Shown: positions 51,610 through 64,000 of the stretch, in pieces
Position numbering within the stretch: position 1 is the stretch's first letter
Layout of the letters: every line of letters starts with the position of its first letter
NCBI RefSeq assembly: GCF_009914755.1
Contig: NC_060947.1
Direction: 5' to 3' (one strand)
Origin: the human T2T-CHM13v2.0 reference genome, Homo sapiens
DNA: 64,000 nucleotides
Program-made: the position numbers and the translations under genes
Notes under the pieces: generated by a model
The model's database searches: none
The model's input: the letters and a program-made list of their open reading frames with translations, nothing else
Told to the model about the DNA's origin: nothing

Positions 51610-54600
51610 TTGCTGTTCAACTCCTATTTTTGGAGTTTTACTTGCTTCCGACACAAGGAAGACACATTTTTCCTGCTTCCATAATGATAGAAGACAGGTA
51701 ACTCCTTTATGAAGTTTAAGCTCACTTCCAAAAGGGAAGATGAGTTATTTTTCCTGCTTCTAGGGTAGTAGAGAGCTGTCTACAGCCTGAGAATTATCAC
51801 TAGGTAAGAAACTGCTTTGTGATTCTGTCTTGCAAAATCTTTTTAGACAACTAAATTTATCATGTAATAACCAGCTGGTGATAATTTCTGCTTACACTAA
51901 GAACACGCTGAAATAATAATAATGATAATAATAACAATAATTTGTATGATAATTATTAATTTTGCTTAACTGTTTTGTTGTTTGTTTCTGTCTTGTTGGG
52001 TTGCTTTCTGTGTGTATATATTTTGATTTTTTCCCTTATCAGATTTGACCAACTCCAAATCCTCTAGCTCATGAGTGTGGAATCTTCCACTCTGAAGAAA
52101 TAAGAGCACTTTGCTCCCCTCAGCCTTTTGGGGTATTTTCAGGTTACTGAGAATCACGTGAGGTGTCTGGAAGGAATGATCTCTAAGACATTCAGTGGCT
52201 TTTAATAAATTGCCACCTCAGAAGAACATACTTAGGGTCTAATCTTAGCAGACAGGTGCATATAAATAGCTGACGCTCTCCCCACACCTTGAGCTTCTGA
52301 CACACTCTGCCACACTAAGTTTTTTTTAGATGGAGTCTCGTTCCGCCGCCCAGACTGGAGTGCAGTGGCATGATCTCTCAGCTCACTGCCAGCCTCAGCC
52401 TCCCAAGTAGCTGAAAATATAGGTGCCCACCACCATGCCCAGCTAATTTTTTTGTATTTTTAGTAAAGACAGGGTTTCATTGTGTTATCCAGGATGGTCT
52501 CCATCTCCTGACCTCATGATCTGCCCACCTCGGACTCCCCAAGGGCTGGGATTACAGGAGTGAGTCACAGCGCCTGAAACACACAAAGTTTTTTTTTTTA
52601 AGTGCACTATAAAAGCATCACACGGTCTAGACTTATAATAATTCTCCCTTTTTGGAGAGTCAGGATTCAAATTGTGCTCTGCCCAGAGCTCAGAGAAACA
52701 GTTAAAAGATAGGTAGTTCCTATCTAATAAAATTGGTCTCCTTATACAATCCTATCATAGATTTTTATAATTTTATGTTTAATTTTGCTCAAAGAAAAAT
52801 AAAACACGTTCTTCAAGCACCACCAGCTTTTTCTCTCTGTACATTATGGTGTAAATTTTGCTATTCAATTTTCACCTGAGTTGTTTTCTTTAGTATGCAA
52901 ATTTAAGGCTATTTAGCTAACACTACCTGGGGTTGTAAAACAGGTTATCAAGAATCTAAATGTCTAAGATACGAAAAAAAAGAGGGGGCAAAGTAATCTT
53001 TGTGAATATATGAACTGTACTTCCATTGGCAATGCCTAATACGTCTATGTATTTATATGCTGTGTACACAATGTTTTCCTACTGAAAATATATAAAAGCA
53101 TTCCAATTAATTAGCTTAAAAATACAAGCATTTAATCAAAAATTTTATCAGGAAAAAGAAAGAGTAGTCAAATCCTTTTTCAAGTTTATGTAACTTAAGT
53201 AAAATCTTTAATAAATCAGCTAACTTTAAAATTATTGGTAAAGTAATATTAAAAATATCTTAAGAATTGTGAGCATACGTTTTTGTTTGCATTTATTAAT
53301 TAAGCAATTTTATATTTATCTCTGCCAAATGCTATAAGATGTCAAATTTTGGCATGGGGTTACAAAACTATAAACCCAGCCCAAAACAGAATGATCTTTG
53401 CTTGTGTAATTTTTGAATAAATAAGACATTGATATGGGTTTAATGAAAATAGCTGCATCTTGAATTCAGTAAGAATACCATAACTTGTAATCTTTTGGTT
53501 TTAGGCATTCTAGTCCACAGTCAATAAAGAGGTTTGTTTAGGGAAAGGATTGTTATCGTCTTTGTTTCATAACTGAACTATAACTTTCTTCCAAAGTTAA
53601 TTCGGCCTATGCCCAGGAATTAACAAGTACAGCTTGGAGGTTAAGAGCAAGATGGAGCCAGTTAAGTCAAATCCTTCATTTACTATCCTTACTGTAATTT
53701 TGCAATGGCAGTTTTATAACTTTAAATCATGACTATCACAGTTTTCATAAATAATTTATGTAAACAATTACAATAAAATAATTAGGTAACTGTCATGGGA
53801 TAAATACTTGTAGACAAGATGGACATAATTTAGAACATACAGTTATATTAAATTACATAATAGATATTTTATTGTTTGGGTATTTTCTAATAAATATATG
53901 TTGTAGGAAAACATTCTTGCTAAAAAAAGAAGTATGTCCTTTATTAAAAAAAAAGGCAAGTAAGTTTTGTCTAATTCAAAGTTTATTTATAGGTTATGTA
54001 TAAAACAAGGTAAAAGAAACAAGGAAATAAAAACAGATGTAAAAATGTTATAAAATAAAGGAGGTTTTTTGTGGTAAGAAAGCTTAAAGAGAAATAATTT
54101 TGTATGATAAAGAATATTGTATAATAAATTCAATCATAAAATAAATGGTTGTTTAAGAAGGAGGGATGTTCAGGAAAAACAAGAAAGTTTAAGCATGTTA
54201 TGAACAGTCAGTGTAAGTCATAATAAAAAGATTTACAAAAACAAAAACAAAAACTTTGATATGCTCAAGCTGTCATATTAAGTTTTGGTTTGCTTAGAAA
54301 AAGCTGAGATAAATTGCTTTTTTAATTAAGGTTATTATATCCACATATTTTCCTGAATGTGCTTTTAAAGTCCTTGTGACATTGAGTTACAGGGCTTTGA
54401 CTCCTTGGTCTAAAAAGGATATCAATACTGCTAAATCTTAAAAACAGACAGCAATTAAAGCTTCATCTTCAGGCCCCATAGAATATGCCAATCAAAATAA
54501 ACTACATTTCTGAGACAAAAGGCCAGAAATTAAAGACATTTAATTCCTCAAGGCCCAGGGTCTATCGCAGAGGAGGTGGGCATGTGAAATTCTAAGGGCC

Positions 54601-56842
54601 GATTTAAGAGACAAAATAAGTTTAATTTCTCTATAAATTAATCATTAATGTCAAATGCACACTAATGCAAGACCAGTATATGGAGCCCTGTGTCAGAGTA
54701 ACAAGGTTTTCTTGAAGCATAAACCAACTCTTTAATTAGGGTTATAAAGATGATTGAAGGCTTATGGACATTATATTTTATAATCAAGATTAAATTTTAC
54801 AGATTGTTTACAAAATTTTGAAAAAAGTTTAATTGGCTTGAGGCTGTTTTTATCAGGGCTTCTTGTTTGAAAAATTAAGTCTCTTCTCTCAAAGAATGAA
54901 GGCTTTACTTTTTTTTGAAATCCTTTAGTTATCACTTTAATTAAAGGAATGACTTTACAATGACCTGTAATCCTATTTTGTGATATCAAATGTTTTAAAC
55001 CTTTGATATTTGACAGACTTTCCAAAATCAAATTACAAATTATGTATTTTTCTGACCTACTTAATATTTTTAAATATTAGGTTTCCTACAGTCCAAAAAT
55101 ATCATATTTTGGCTTATTTGGTATAAAGTTATACAGGAAGCATTGTCAAATACAAAATGGTGTTTGTTTTCTTTGGGCTGTTTTTGTATAAGTAAGTATG
55201 TTATTTGTATGTGTTCCAAAATTGTGGAAAACTCCTATAATTCTGATATGACTGAGTGTAAGTTATAAGTAATAATCATAATTGTTATGTTAAAATTATT
55301 GTGTGCCACAGAAGTAACAAATTTCTTTGTCAATTGTGCCTTTGTCTATGGCTGCCCTAAACCCTTTTTTCATCCACAGACAATTCTTTTCTTGTTTTGG
55401 TCCTCTTTAGCGGGTGGTTTTATAATCAGCTATAAAACTAACAGGTGCCCTTGAATGCAGGTTTTTGATAACTTTGGACATTGTGACATCAAAATAGAGG
55501 AAAAACTTTCAGGACTCATGGAGAGCTAAAATGTTCATGAGTATCAAGCAGAACAGTAATTAACTGTGTGGACTGAACTAATATTTTTGACATTTTGCTT
55601 AAAATGTTTGCTAATTCTTTGTTGTTTTTCAGTCCTACACATTTTTTTGAGCTACTGACAGCTTTTAACAATTTTGTATACTCTGTTGAACAAAATATGG
55701 AACACATTCATTTTTCTCTACCTGATTTCTCAAAAATTTGGAACCTATTTGTGAGTATTCTTAACTTATGGGAATACAGTTATTTGCTTAAGTGCAGTAA
55801 GAATCTGTTTTCATTTGTAACAGGACACAACTAGGGAAACTAGTTATTTAACCAAGGCTTTGAATGGAAGGGTGTGCTTTCTTTTAAGTATAAAACTTGA
55901 CTTTTGGAGTCAATGAAGCCCTTGGAATAACTGGCCTCATAGTTTGTGTAAACAGTCCCTGTACAAATATTCTGACCAGTGGTAAGTAATGAATGTTACT
56001 TTCTGACAGGCCCAGAAGCCCTAGGTTTATCTTGAAACTCAAGAGGAGAGGAAATTCACCCAACTAATAGATACTTGATGACACAAATCTACGGCTTGGC
56101 TTGGTTTTTAAGAAGTTGTATCCAAAATTTCCTCTGTAGAACAAAGTTCCATCAAAGCCAATTTAAAAACCTATGTAAAAAAAATTCTTGCTGCACTGCA
56201 TGCAAATAATTGGGGCAAGTGTAGTAAAGCAAACCAGCCCTACCATGATTTGTCTTCAGCCAAAATGGAGAGAGAAAAATTGTGTTTCAAAACTGCAGTA
56301 CACTTGTTGTTAGATTCTAGTCTTGCCCAGTGTTTTTAAATTTTTATTATTTTCTACACTTTGGACTGAATTCTATTTTTTTCTTGGCTACAAGTGTTCA
56401 AAATAGTGTTTTCAAAATTTTTTTTATTTTTTTCCATTTTTTCCTAATTTGGAGTCACTGAATACTATGCTGTGCTTTCATAAAGCCCTGTGAACTGAAA
56501 GTAGACAACTTAAACGCCAGAAGAAAATAACAGCAACCTATTTACATATATAAGCCACTTTCATACCTGTTTACGAATGTATGGACTTCAGACTCATGTG
56601 TCCTATCTCAATTTTTTTAGGATTTTTCTTCTGTTTGTTCCTGTTTTTATGTTCCTTTCTCCCCACTATGTTCTCTTCATAGGACATGAGACTTCACAAC
56701 CTGCTAAAAGTGAGCTTTTGGGACCTACTCATCTAGGAAAAAAACATCCTAGCCATGAGAGATCAGATGAAACCTGAGACCAGAGACTAATTTTCTTGCA
56801 AAATGCTTTCTCCAGAGAAATTTAAAATACAAAAGGGGGAAA
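51610..56842 (+). mobile_element. MER4-group internal sequence (non-coding, AT-rich), 5' part missing
   Basis: Long AT-rich ERV internal sequence ending in PPT AAAAGGGGGAAA directly before a MER4A1 LTR; typical MER4-int phrases (tgacaactcc.., gccactttcatacctg, ggacatgagacttcacaacctgctaa). Confidence 0.8.
52320..52579 (-). mobile_element. AluY/Sc-like element with ~30-bp internal deletion
   Basis: ccaggatggtctccatctcctgacctcatgatc diagnostic segment; TSD CACAC(T/A)AAG. Confidence 0.9.
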
Positions 56843-57215
56843 TGTAAAAGGACAATATCTTGGGACCCCAAAATCACTAAGCTAAAAGGAAAACTCAAAC
56901 TGGAAACTGCTTAGGGCAAATCTGACTCCCATTCTGTTCAAATTTATCCCTCTGCTCACCGAGATAAATGGATATCTGATAGCCTTTCTTGGAAAGGCTA
57001 ATCAGAAACTCAAAGGAATGTAGCCATTTGTCTCTCACGTATCTGTGACCCGCTTTGAGTCTTCCTGCCTTTGCTTTAACCAAGTTGTGACACCACCACC
57101 TTGGGCACATGTCAGCAGGACTTTCTCAGGCTGTATCATGGGTGTGTGTCCTCAACCTTGGCGAAATAAACTTTCTAAATTAACTGAGACCTATGTCAGA
57201 TTTTCTGAGTTTACA
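56843..57215 (+). mobile_element. MER4A1-type LTR (3'LTR)
   Basis: TGTAAAAGGACAATATCTTGGGACCCCAAAATCACTAAGCTAAA start, AATAAA at ~57165, ends TTTACA. Confidence 0.9.
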
Positions 57216-58573
57216 ACCTATACACTGAAAACTTAAAAAAAAAATAGTAAAAAATTGTAGACACAAATAAATGGAAATAATCCTTGTGTTTGTAGATTGG
57301 AATAATTGATGTCAGAATGTCTATATGTCCATACTACACAGAGTGATATACAGATTCAACACCATGTCTATGAAATTTACAATGACATTTTAACAGAAAA
57401 ACAGAAATTCTAAAATGAATGTAAAACCACAGAATTCCTAACATATCTTAAGGAACTTAAGAATTAAAAATAAAGTTCTAGGCATCACACTTCCTGATTT
57501 TAAATTATATTATAAAGCTATATTATCAACAATTTAAACAAAAACTATGCTAGTTGCATAAAAATAGGCATATAGACCAATGAAACAGGATTGAGAGGCC
57601 AGAAATAAACTCAAAAATAAATGCTCAGCTACTTTTCACAAGCCATGAGGAAGACCCAATAAAGAAATGTTAGTCTCTTAAATAAATGATGCTGACAAAA
57701 CCGGATATCCACATGCAAAAGAATGACACTGGCTTGTATATTACACTATACATAAAAATTAACTTAAAGTGGATTAAAGATGTAAACATAAAACCTTAAA
57801 GGATAACACTCGTAAAAGAAAACACAGCGGGAAATCTTCTTGGTGTCAGCGTTGGCAATGATTTTTCACATACCACACCAAAAGTTCAGGGAACAAAAGT
57901 AAAAATAAACAAGTGAAATTGCATCAACTTGAAAAGCTTCAGAAACACTATAACAAAAAATATGAAAAAAACAAAAGGCAGCCTATGCATTGGGAGAAAA
58001 TATTTGCAGTCATAGATATACTAATGTGTTAATATCCAAAATCATTAACAAAATTATACGAATCAATGGGAAAATATAACAAATACACAAATTTTAAAAC
58101 CAGACATAGGGTTTGAATAGGTATTTTTTTTCCAATGAAGACACAAAAAATGGCCAAAAGATATATGGAAAGATGATGAACATCACTTACCATCAGGAAA
58201 AAATGCAAATCAAAACCACAATGAGCTATCACTCCACACCTGTTAGCATAGCTATTATCAAAAAGACAAGAGATAAAAAATGGTGTCAAGGGAGTGAAGA
58301 AAAAAGAACCCTTGTACACTTTTCAAGAGAATGTAAATTGTCACAGCCATTATGAAAACAATGTAGAGGTTCCTTAACAATTTAAGGGTAGAACTACCAT
58401 GTAACCTAGCAGTTCCTCTTTTTCATGTATAGCCACAGGAAATAAAATCAGCCGCTCTAAAGAGATCTGCATTCCTATGTTGATTGCAGCATTATTCACA
58501 ATAGCCTACTTAGAGAGACAATCTAAATATTCATTAATCAATAAATGGATACAAACTTTGTGAGGTATATCCC

Positions 58574-58574
<1 letters not shown>

Positions 58575-58606
<32 letters not shown>

Positions 58607-58608
58607 AA

Positions 58609-58653
<45 letters not shown>
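58575..58653. repeat. Compound (CA)n(GA)n microsatellite
   Basis: Directly visible. Confidence 0.97.
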
Positions 58654-58659
<6 letters not shown>

Positions 58660-59135
58660 ATTTAGCTTCCAAAAAGTAAAATTTGGCATGTGCAAAAACA
58701 TGGATGAATGTGGGGTGTATTATATTAAGTGATATAAGTCAGACACAGAAAGAAAAAATTACTGCATAATGCCACTTATATGTGGAATCCAAAAGAAATC
58801 AGAATACATAGATACATAGGAAAAGAGAACAGAGAATAGAATGGTGGTTAGCAGGGGCAGGGAAAGTGAAGAAATAGTAAGATGTAGATCAATGGGTATA
58901 AACTTGCAGTTATGTAGGATAAATAGTCCAAAGATCTAATGTATAACAGGAGAAGTAAAGTTACTAATATTGTTTTGTACATCAAAAATTTGTTAAGAAA
59001 ATACATTTTACGTGTTCTTACTACCAAAAGAAAGGTCCTGTGACAGAATTGTGGATATAGTAATTTGCTTGACTGTAGTAATAATTTCTCTATATGTATG
59101 TAAAAACATTGTTTTTTATTTTAAATATAAATAAT

Positions 59136-59234
59136 AAGGAAGGGGGAAAGAAGGAATGAAGGAAAGAAGAAAAGAAAGAAGGAGGGAGAAAGCGAGAGAG
59201 GGAAGAACGGAGGGAAGGAAGAAAAGAAGGAAGG
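59136..59234 (+). repeat. Purine-rich (GAAG/GAAA)n low-complexity tract at the L1 tail position
   Basis: Directly visible; follows AAATAAATAA at the 3' end of the plus-strand L1. Confidence 0.9.
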
Positions 59235-59356
59235 ATAATACTTCCTTAAGTGTTTGGTAGAATGCACCTGTGATGCTATCTGGCCCCAAGATTTTCTTTG
59301 TTGGGAGGCTTTTGATTATTGGGTAAAGTTCTTTTATTTTTATTAGCCCGTTCAGG

Positions 59357-59357
<1 letters not shown>

Positions 59358-59407
<50 letters not shown>

Positions 59408-59686
59408 AGACAGTCTCACTCTGTCGCCCAGGCTGGAGTGCAGTGGCACAATCTTGGCTCACTGCAACCTTTGCCTCCCAGGCTGAAGTGATTCTCCTGC
59501 CTCAGCCTCCCGAGTAGCTGTGATTACAGGTATGTGCCACTGTTCCTAGCTAATTTTTGTATTTTTAGTAGAGACGGGGTTTCTCCATGTTGGCCAGGCT
59601 GTTCTCAAATTCCTGACCTCAGGTGATCCACCTGCCTCAGCCTCGCAAATTGCTGGTATTACAGGCGTGAGTCTCCGCACCTGGCC
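59358..59686 (-). mobile_element. AluSx-like element with 49-nt pure poly(A) tail
   Basis: gttggccaggctg..ctgacctcaggtgatccacc; T-run 59358-59406; TSD TTCAGGCTTT. Confidence 0.96.
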
Positions 59687-61087
59687 TATTCAGGCTTTCT
59701 ATTTTTTCTTGATTCAGTCTTAGTAGGTTGTACATTTCCAGGAATTTATTGTTTTTTTTTTCTAGGTTGCTCACTTTGTTGGCATATAAATGTTCATAAT
59801 ACTCCCTCGTCACTATTTTATTTCTGTATAATCTTTTGCAAAGCATTCTCTTTCATTTCTGATTTTACTTGAGTCTTTTCTCTTTTTTTCCTAATTAATT
59901 TATCCAAGGTTTTGTCAATTTTGTTGATCTGTTCACAAAACCAACTTTTGGTTTTATTAATTTTTTAAAAATTTTCTCCTATTACATTTATTTCTGCTTA
60001 AATATTTATTGTTTTCTTCCATCTATTAACTATGAGCTTAGTTTCTTTTTTCTCAGTTTTTGAGGTGTAAGATAAGGTTACTTATTTGAGATATTTATTC
60101 TTTTTAATGTATGGATTTATCACTATACACTTCCCTGTTAGCACTGCTTTCACTGCATCTCATAAGTTTTGGTATGCTGTGTTTTTATTTTATTTCTCTC
60201 AAAATGTTCTGTAATTTCCCACATAATATTTACTTTGACCTAACTTTTGTTCAAAAATGTGTTGTTTTATGTATTTGTGAATTGTTCCATTTACCTTTTG
60301 CTATTGATTTATAGTTTCATTTCATTGTGGTTGGAAAATATATATGAAATGGTTTCTAACAGCTTGAATTTTAAAAGGTCTTTTCTGATTTCGCATGTGA
60401 TATATTATGGAGAATGTCTGTGTGCACTTGAGAAGAATGTGCATTCTGCTGCTGTTGGGTGAAATGTCCTCTATATGTTCGTTTTAACCATTTGATCTGT
60501 AGTGTTGTTCAAGTCTTCTGCTTCCTTGTTTTTTATCTGAATTTTCTATCCATTATTGAAGTGTGGTATTAATTATTTTTACTGTTATTGTTAAAGATAG
60601 TAATTTTACTGTCTCTTTTAATAATTTTTAACTTAAAGTCTATTTTATCTGCTCCCTTTTAGCTACCATTTGCATGGAGTATCTTTTTTCTATTCCTTCA
60701 TTTTTAGGCTATGTGTGTCTTTAAGTTTGAAAAGAGTCTCATGTAGATATTTATAGGTGGATCTTTTATATTATGCATTTAGCCACTTTTCATCTTTTGA
60801 TGAGTTTAGTCCATTTACATTTAAAGTAATTATTAGTTTAAAAAGGGTTACTAATACCATTACCATTTTTACATGTTATTTAATGTCTGTTTTGTAAATA
60901 TTTTGCCCATTTTTTCCTCTCTTGTTTGCCTATATGATTTGATGATTTTTATTGATATACATTGATATTCTTCTCTGTATTTTTTTATATCTACTGTATT
61001 TTTTCTTTGCATAAAAATGTTTACAGGTATAACACACTATTTTAAACTAATGGAAACTAAACTTCGATATTATACAAAAATTACACT

Positions 61088-62601
61088 TTTTAACTTTTAT
61101 TTTAAGTTCAGGGATAAATGTGCAGGTTTGTTATATAGGTAAATTCATGTCACAGATCCTTGATGTACAGATTTTTGCATCACCCAGGTATTATGCCTAG
61201 TACCCATTAGTTAGTTTTCCTGATCCTTTTTCTCCTTCTACCTTCCAGCTTCTGGTATACTCCAGTGTCTGCTGTTCTCTTCTTTGTGTCCATGTCTTCT
61301 CCTCATTTAGCTCCCACTTATAAGTGAGAACATGAGGTACTTGGCTTTCATTCCTATTTTACTTTGCTAAAGATAATGGCCTCCAGCTCCATGCATGCTC
61401 CTGCAAAGGACATAATCTCATTCTTTTTTATGGCTGCATAGTATTCCATGGTCTATATGCACCACCTTTTCTTTATCCAGTCTGTCATTGGTGGGCATTT
61501 AGGCTGATTTCATGTCTTTGCTTTTGTGAATAGGGCTGCAATGAACACTCTCATGTATGTGTCTTTATGGTAGAAGATTTTCTATTCCTTTTGGTATATA
61601 CCCAGTAATGGGATTGCTGAGTCAAAGGGTATTTCTGTTTTTAGGTCTTTGAGAAATCACCACACTGTCTTCCACAATAGTTGAGTTAATTTATACTCCC
61701 ACCAACAGTGTATAAGTATTTCTTTTTCTCTACAAACTCCCCAGCATTTTTTATTTTTTGACGTTTTAATAATCGCCATTCTGACTGGAGTGAGATGGTA
61801 TCTCTTTGTGGTTTTGATTTGCATTTCTCTAATGATCAGTGATGTTGAGCTTTTTTTCATATGATTGTTGACCAACTGTATATCTTCTTTGAAAAGTATC
61901 TGTTCCTATCCGTTGCCCACTTTTTAATGTTTTGTTTTTTGTTTTCTTCTAAATTTGTTTACGTTTCTTATAGATGCTGGATATTAGACCTTAGTCAGAT
62001 GTATAGTTTGAAAATATTTCCTCCCATTATGTAGGTGGTCTGTTTAATCTGTTGATAGTTTCTTTTGCTCTGCAGAAACTCTTTGGTTTTATTTTCTCCC
62101 ACTTGTCCATTTTTGTTTTTGTTGTGATTGTTTTTGATGTCTTTGTCATGAAATCTTTGCCTATTCCTATGTCCAGGATGGTATTGCCGAGGTTGCCTTC
62201 CAGGGTTTTTATAGATTTGGGTTTTACATTTAAGTCTTTAATCTCATTTGAGTTAATTTTTGTATACAGTGTAATGGAGGGGTCCAGTTTCAATCTTCTG
62301 CTAGCCAGTTTTCTCAACATCATGTACTAATGAGGAGTCCTTTCCTCATTGCTTGTTTTTGTCAGCTTTGTCAAAGATAAGATAATCGTCAGTGAATGGC
62401 CTTATTTCTGGGCTCTCTATTCTGTTCCATTGGTCTGTGTCTACTTTTGTGTTGTTGCCTTGCTCTTTTGGTTACTGTAGCCATGTAGCATAGTTTGAAG
62501 TTGGGTAGCATGATGTCCTTAGCTTTGTTCTTTTTGTTTAGGATTGCATTGGCTATTCAGGCTCTTTTTGCTACCATATACATTTAAAAATATTTTTTTC
62601 T
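61088..62601 (-). mobile_element. 5'-truncated L1PA13-like insertion
   Basis: Antisense 3'UTR ttttattttaagttcaggg..tgtgcaggtttgttatatagg; peptides [26 protein letters not shown] and [15 protein letters not shown]. Confidence 0.92.
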
Positions 62602-63105
62602 AAAAAACTCCAAGTTTACATTTCTCCTCCCACTTTATGTCATTGTTATCATAATTCACTTCTTTTTATATTGTGTATCCTAACAAAAGTTTTTACCTAC
62701 GGTTATTTTTAATATCTTTGGCTTGTAATTTTATATTATTATTAAAGTGATTTATGAACTACCATGACTGTATATATTACTATTTGCCTACATATTTACT
62801 TATACCAGTGAGATTTATAATTGTATGCTTTTGTGTAACTGTTTAACATCATTTTATTTCAAGTTTAGGAACTACTTTTAATATTTTTTGTAAGTCATGT
62901 CTAGTGCTGACAAATTCCCTCAATTGTTTGTCTGGAAAAGTATCTTAGTAGATATTTTTTAATTAGGCACTTTGAATATATCACCCTACATCCTTCAAGG
63001 CTTCAAAATTTCTGATGAAAAAAATGCTTATTGTCTTATAGAGATTTCTGTTTACATGTCAATTTGGTTTAATGTTGCTGTTTTTAAAATATTTTGACTT
63101 TTCTA

Positions 63106-64000
63106 GCAATGCAAGGATAGTTCAATGTACACAAATCAACAAATGTGATTCACTACATAAACAACAACAATAAAACTATATGATCTTCTCAATAGATTCA
63201 GAAAAACCATTCAATAACATTCAACATCCCTTCATGATAAAAGCCCTCAAAAACATAGACATCAAAAGAACATACATCAAAATAATAAAAGTCATATACA
63301 TAAAACCTACAGCCAACATCATACTTAATAGAAAAAAATGGAAATATTTTCCCCTAAGAACTTGTAAAAGACCAAGATTTTCACTTTTTCCAATTCTCTT
63401 CAACATAGTTGTGGAAGTCCTAGCCAGAGCAATCAACAAGAGAAAGAAATGAGAAATTCAGTTTATCTCTGTTCATGGACAACATGATTTTATACCTGGA
63501 AACCCTAAAGACTCCCCTGAAAGACTCTTTGATTTGATAAATGACTTCACTAAATTTTCAGGATACAAAATAAAAATAAAAAATCAATAGCATTTCTATA
63601 CAGCAGTATATAACCATCAAGAAGAGAACAAAATTAAGAACTTAATCTCATTCATAATAGCTACCTCAATAATACCTAAAAATGAAATTTACCAAGGAGG
63701 TGAAAGAACTCTACGAGGAGAACTACAAAACACTGATGAAAGAAATTGTAGATGATACAAATGGAAAAACACCCTGTGCTAATGGATTGGAAAAATCAAT
63801 ATTGTTAAAATGGCCATACAACCCAAAGCAATCTACCAATTTGATGCAATTCCTATCCAGTTACATATATCATTTTTCACAGAATTAGGAAGACACAATT
63901 CTAAAGTTCAGATGGAATCAAGAACAAATATAAAATTGCCAAAGCAATTATAAAAAAAGATATCTGGAGACATTACATTATCTGAACTCAAATTATACAA
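63106..64000 (+). mobile_element. L1 ORF2 RT fragment running off the window end
   Basis: ORF 63180-63452 SIDSEKPFNNIQHPFMIK..KPTANIILN..LFNIVVEVLARAI. Confidence 0.92.

Larger units (their letters stand above)
59235..63105 (-). mobile_element. L1M host continued (ORF2 to endonuclease, spacer, ORF1 C-terminus), with Alu and L1PA inserts
   Basis: tgtttggtagaatgcacctgtga..., cacttgagaagaatgtgcattctgctgctgttgg (EN), aaattccctcaattgtttgtctggaaaag (ORF1 end). Confidence 0.85.

Overview
This is AT-rich primate (human-like) non-coding DNA, almost entirely a layered graveyard of transposable elements. I find no host protein-coding gene, RNA gene or CRISPR array; the ORFs I can assign are decayed L1 ORF1/ORF2, ERV gag/env or MaLR internal frames, and the rest look like chance ORFs. 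Content: many L1 copies of different ages (L1M/L1MA to L1PA3-4); three THE1 elements with internal sequence; two older MST/MLT1A-type MaLR elements with internal sequence; solo LTRs (MLT1A, MLT2A, LTR47-like, MSTB, THE1D-type, MER54-like); a MER4-int/MER4A1 element; a pol-less class I ERV (MER84-like LTRs, tRNA-Ile PBS, gag and EnvV-like env relics); three Alus; a Tigger1 deletion derivative; and microsatellites. The dominant structure is one originally full-length plus-strand L1 (about 33975-59135) inflated to about 25 kb by nested insertions. The most notable local events are a near-perfect 284-bp tandem duplication, a locally templated inverted copy of the L1 RT core and a deletion fusing two ERVs. 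Subfamily names come from recalled consensus sequences and need RepeatMasker/Dfam confirmation. I see no convincing evidence of a novel functional system.
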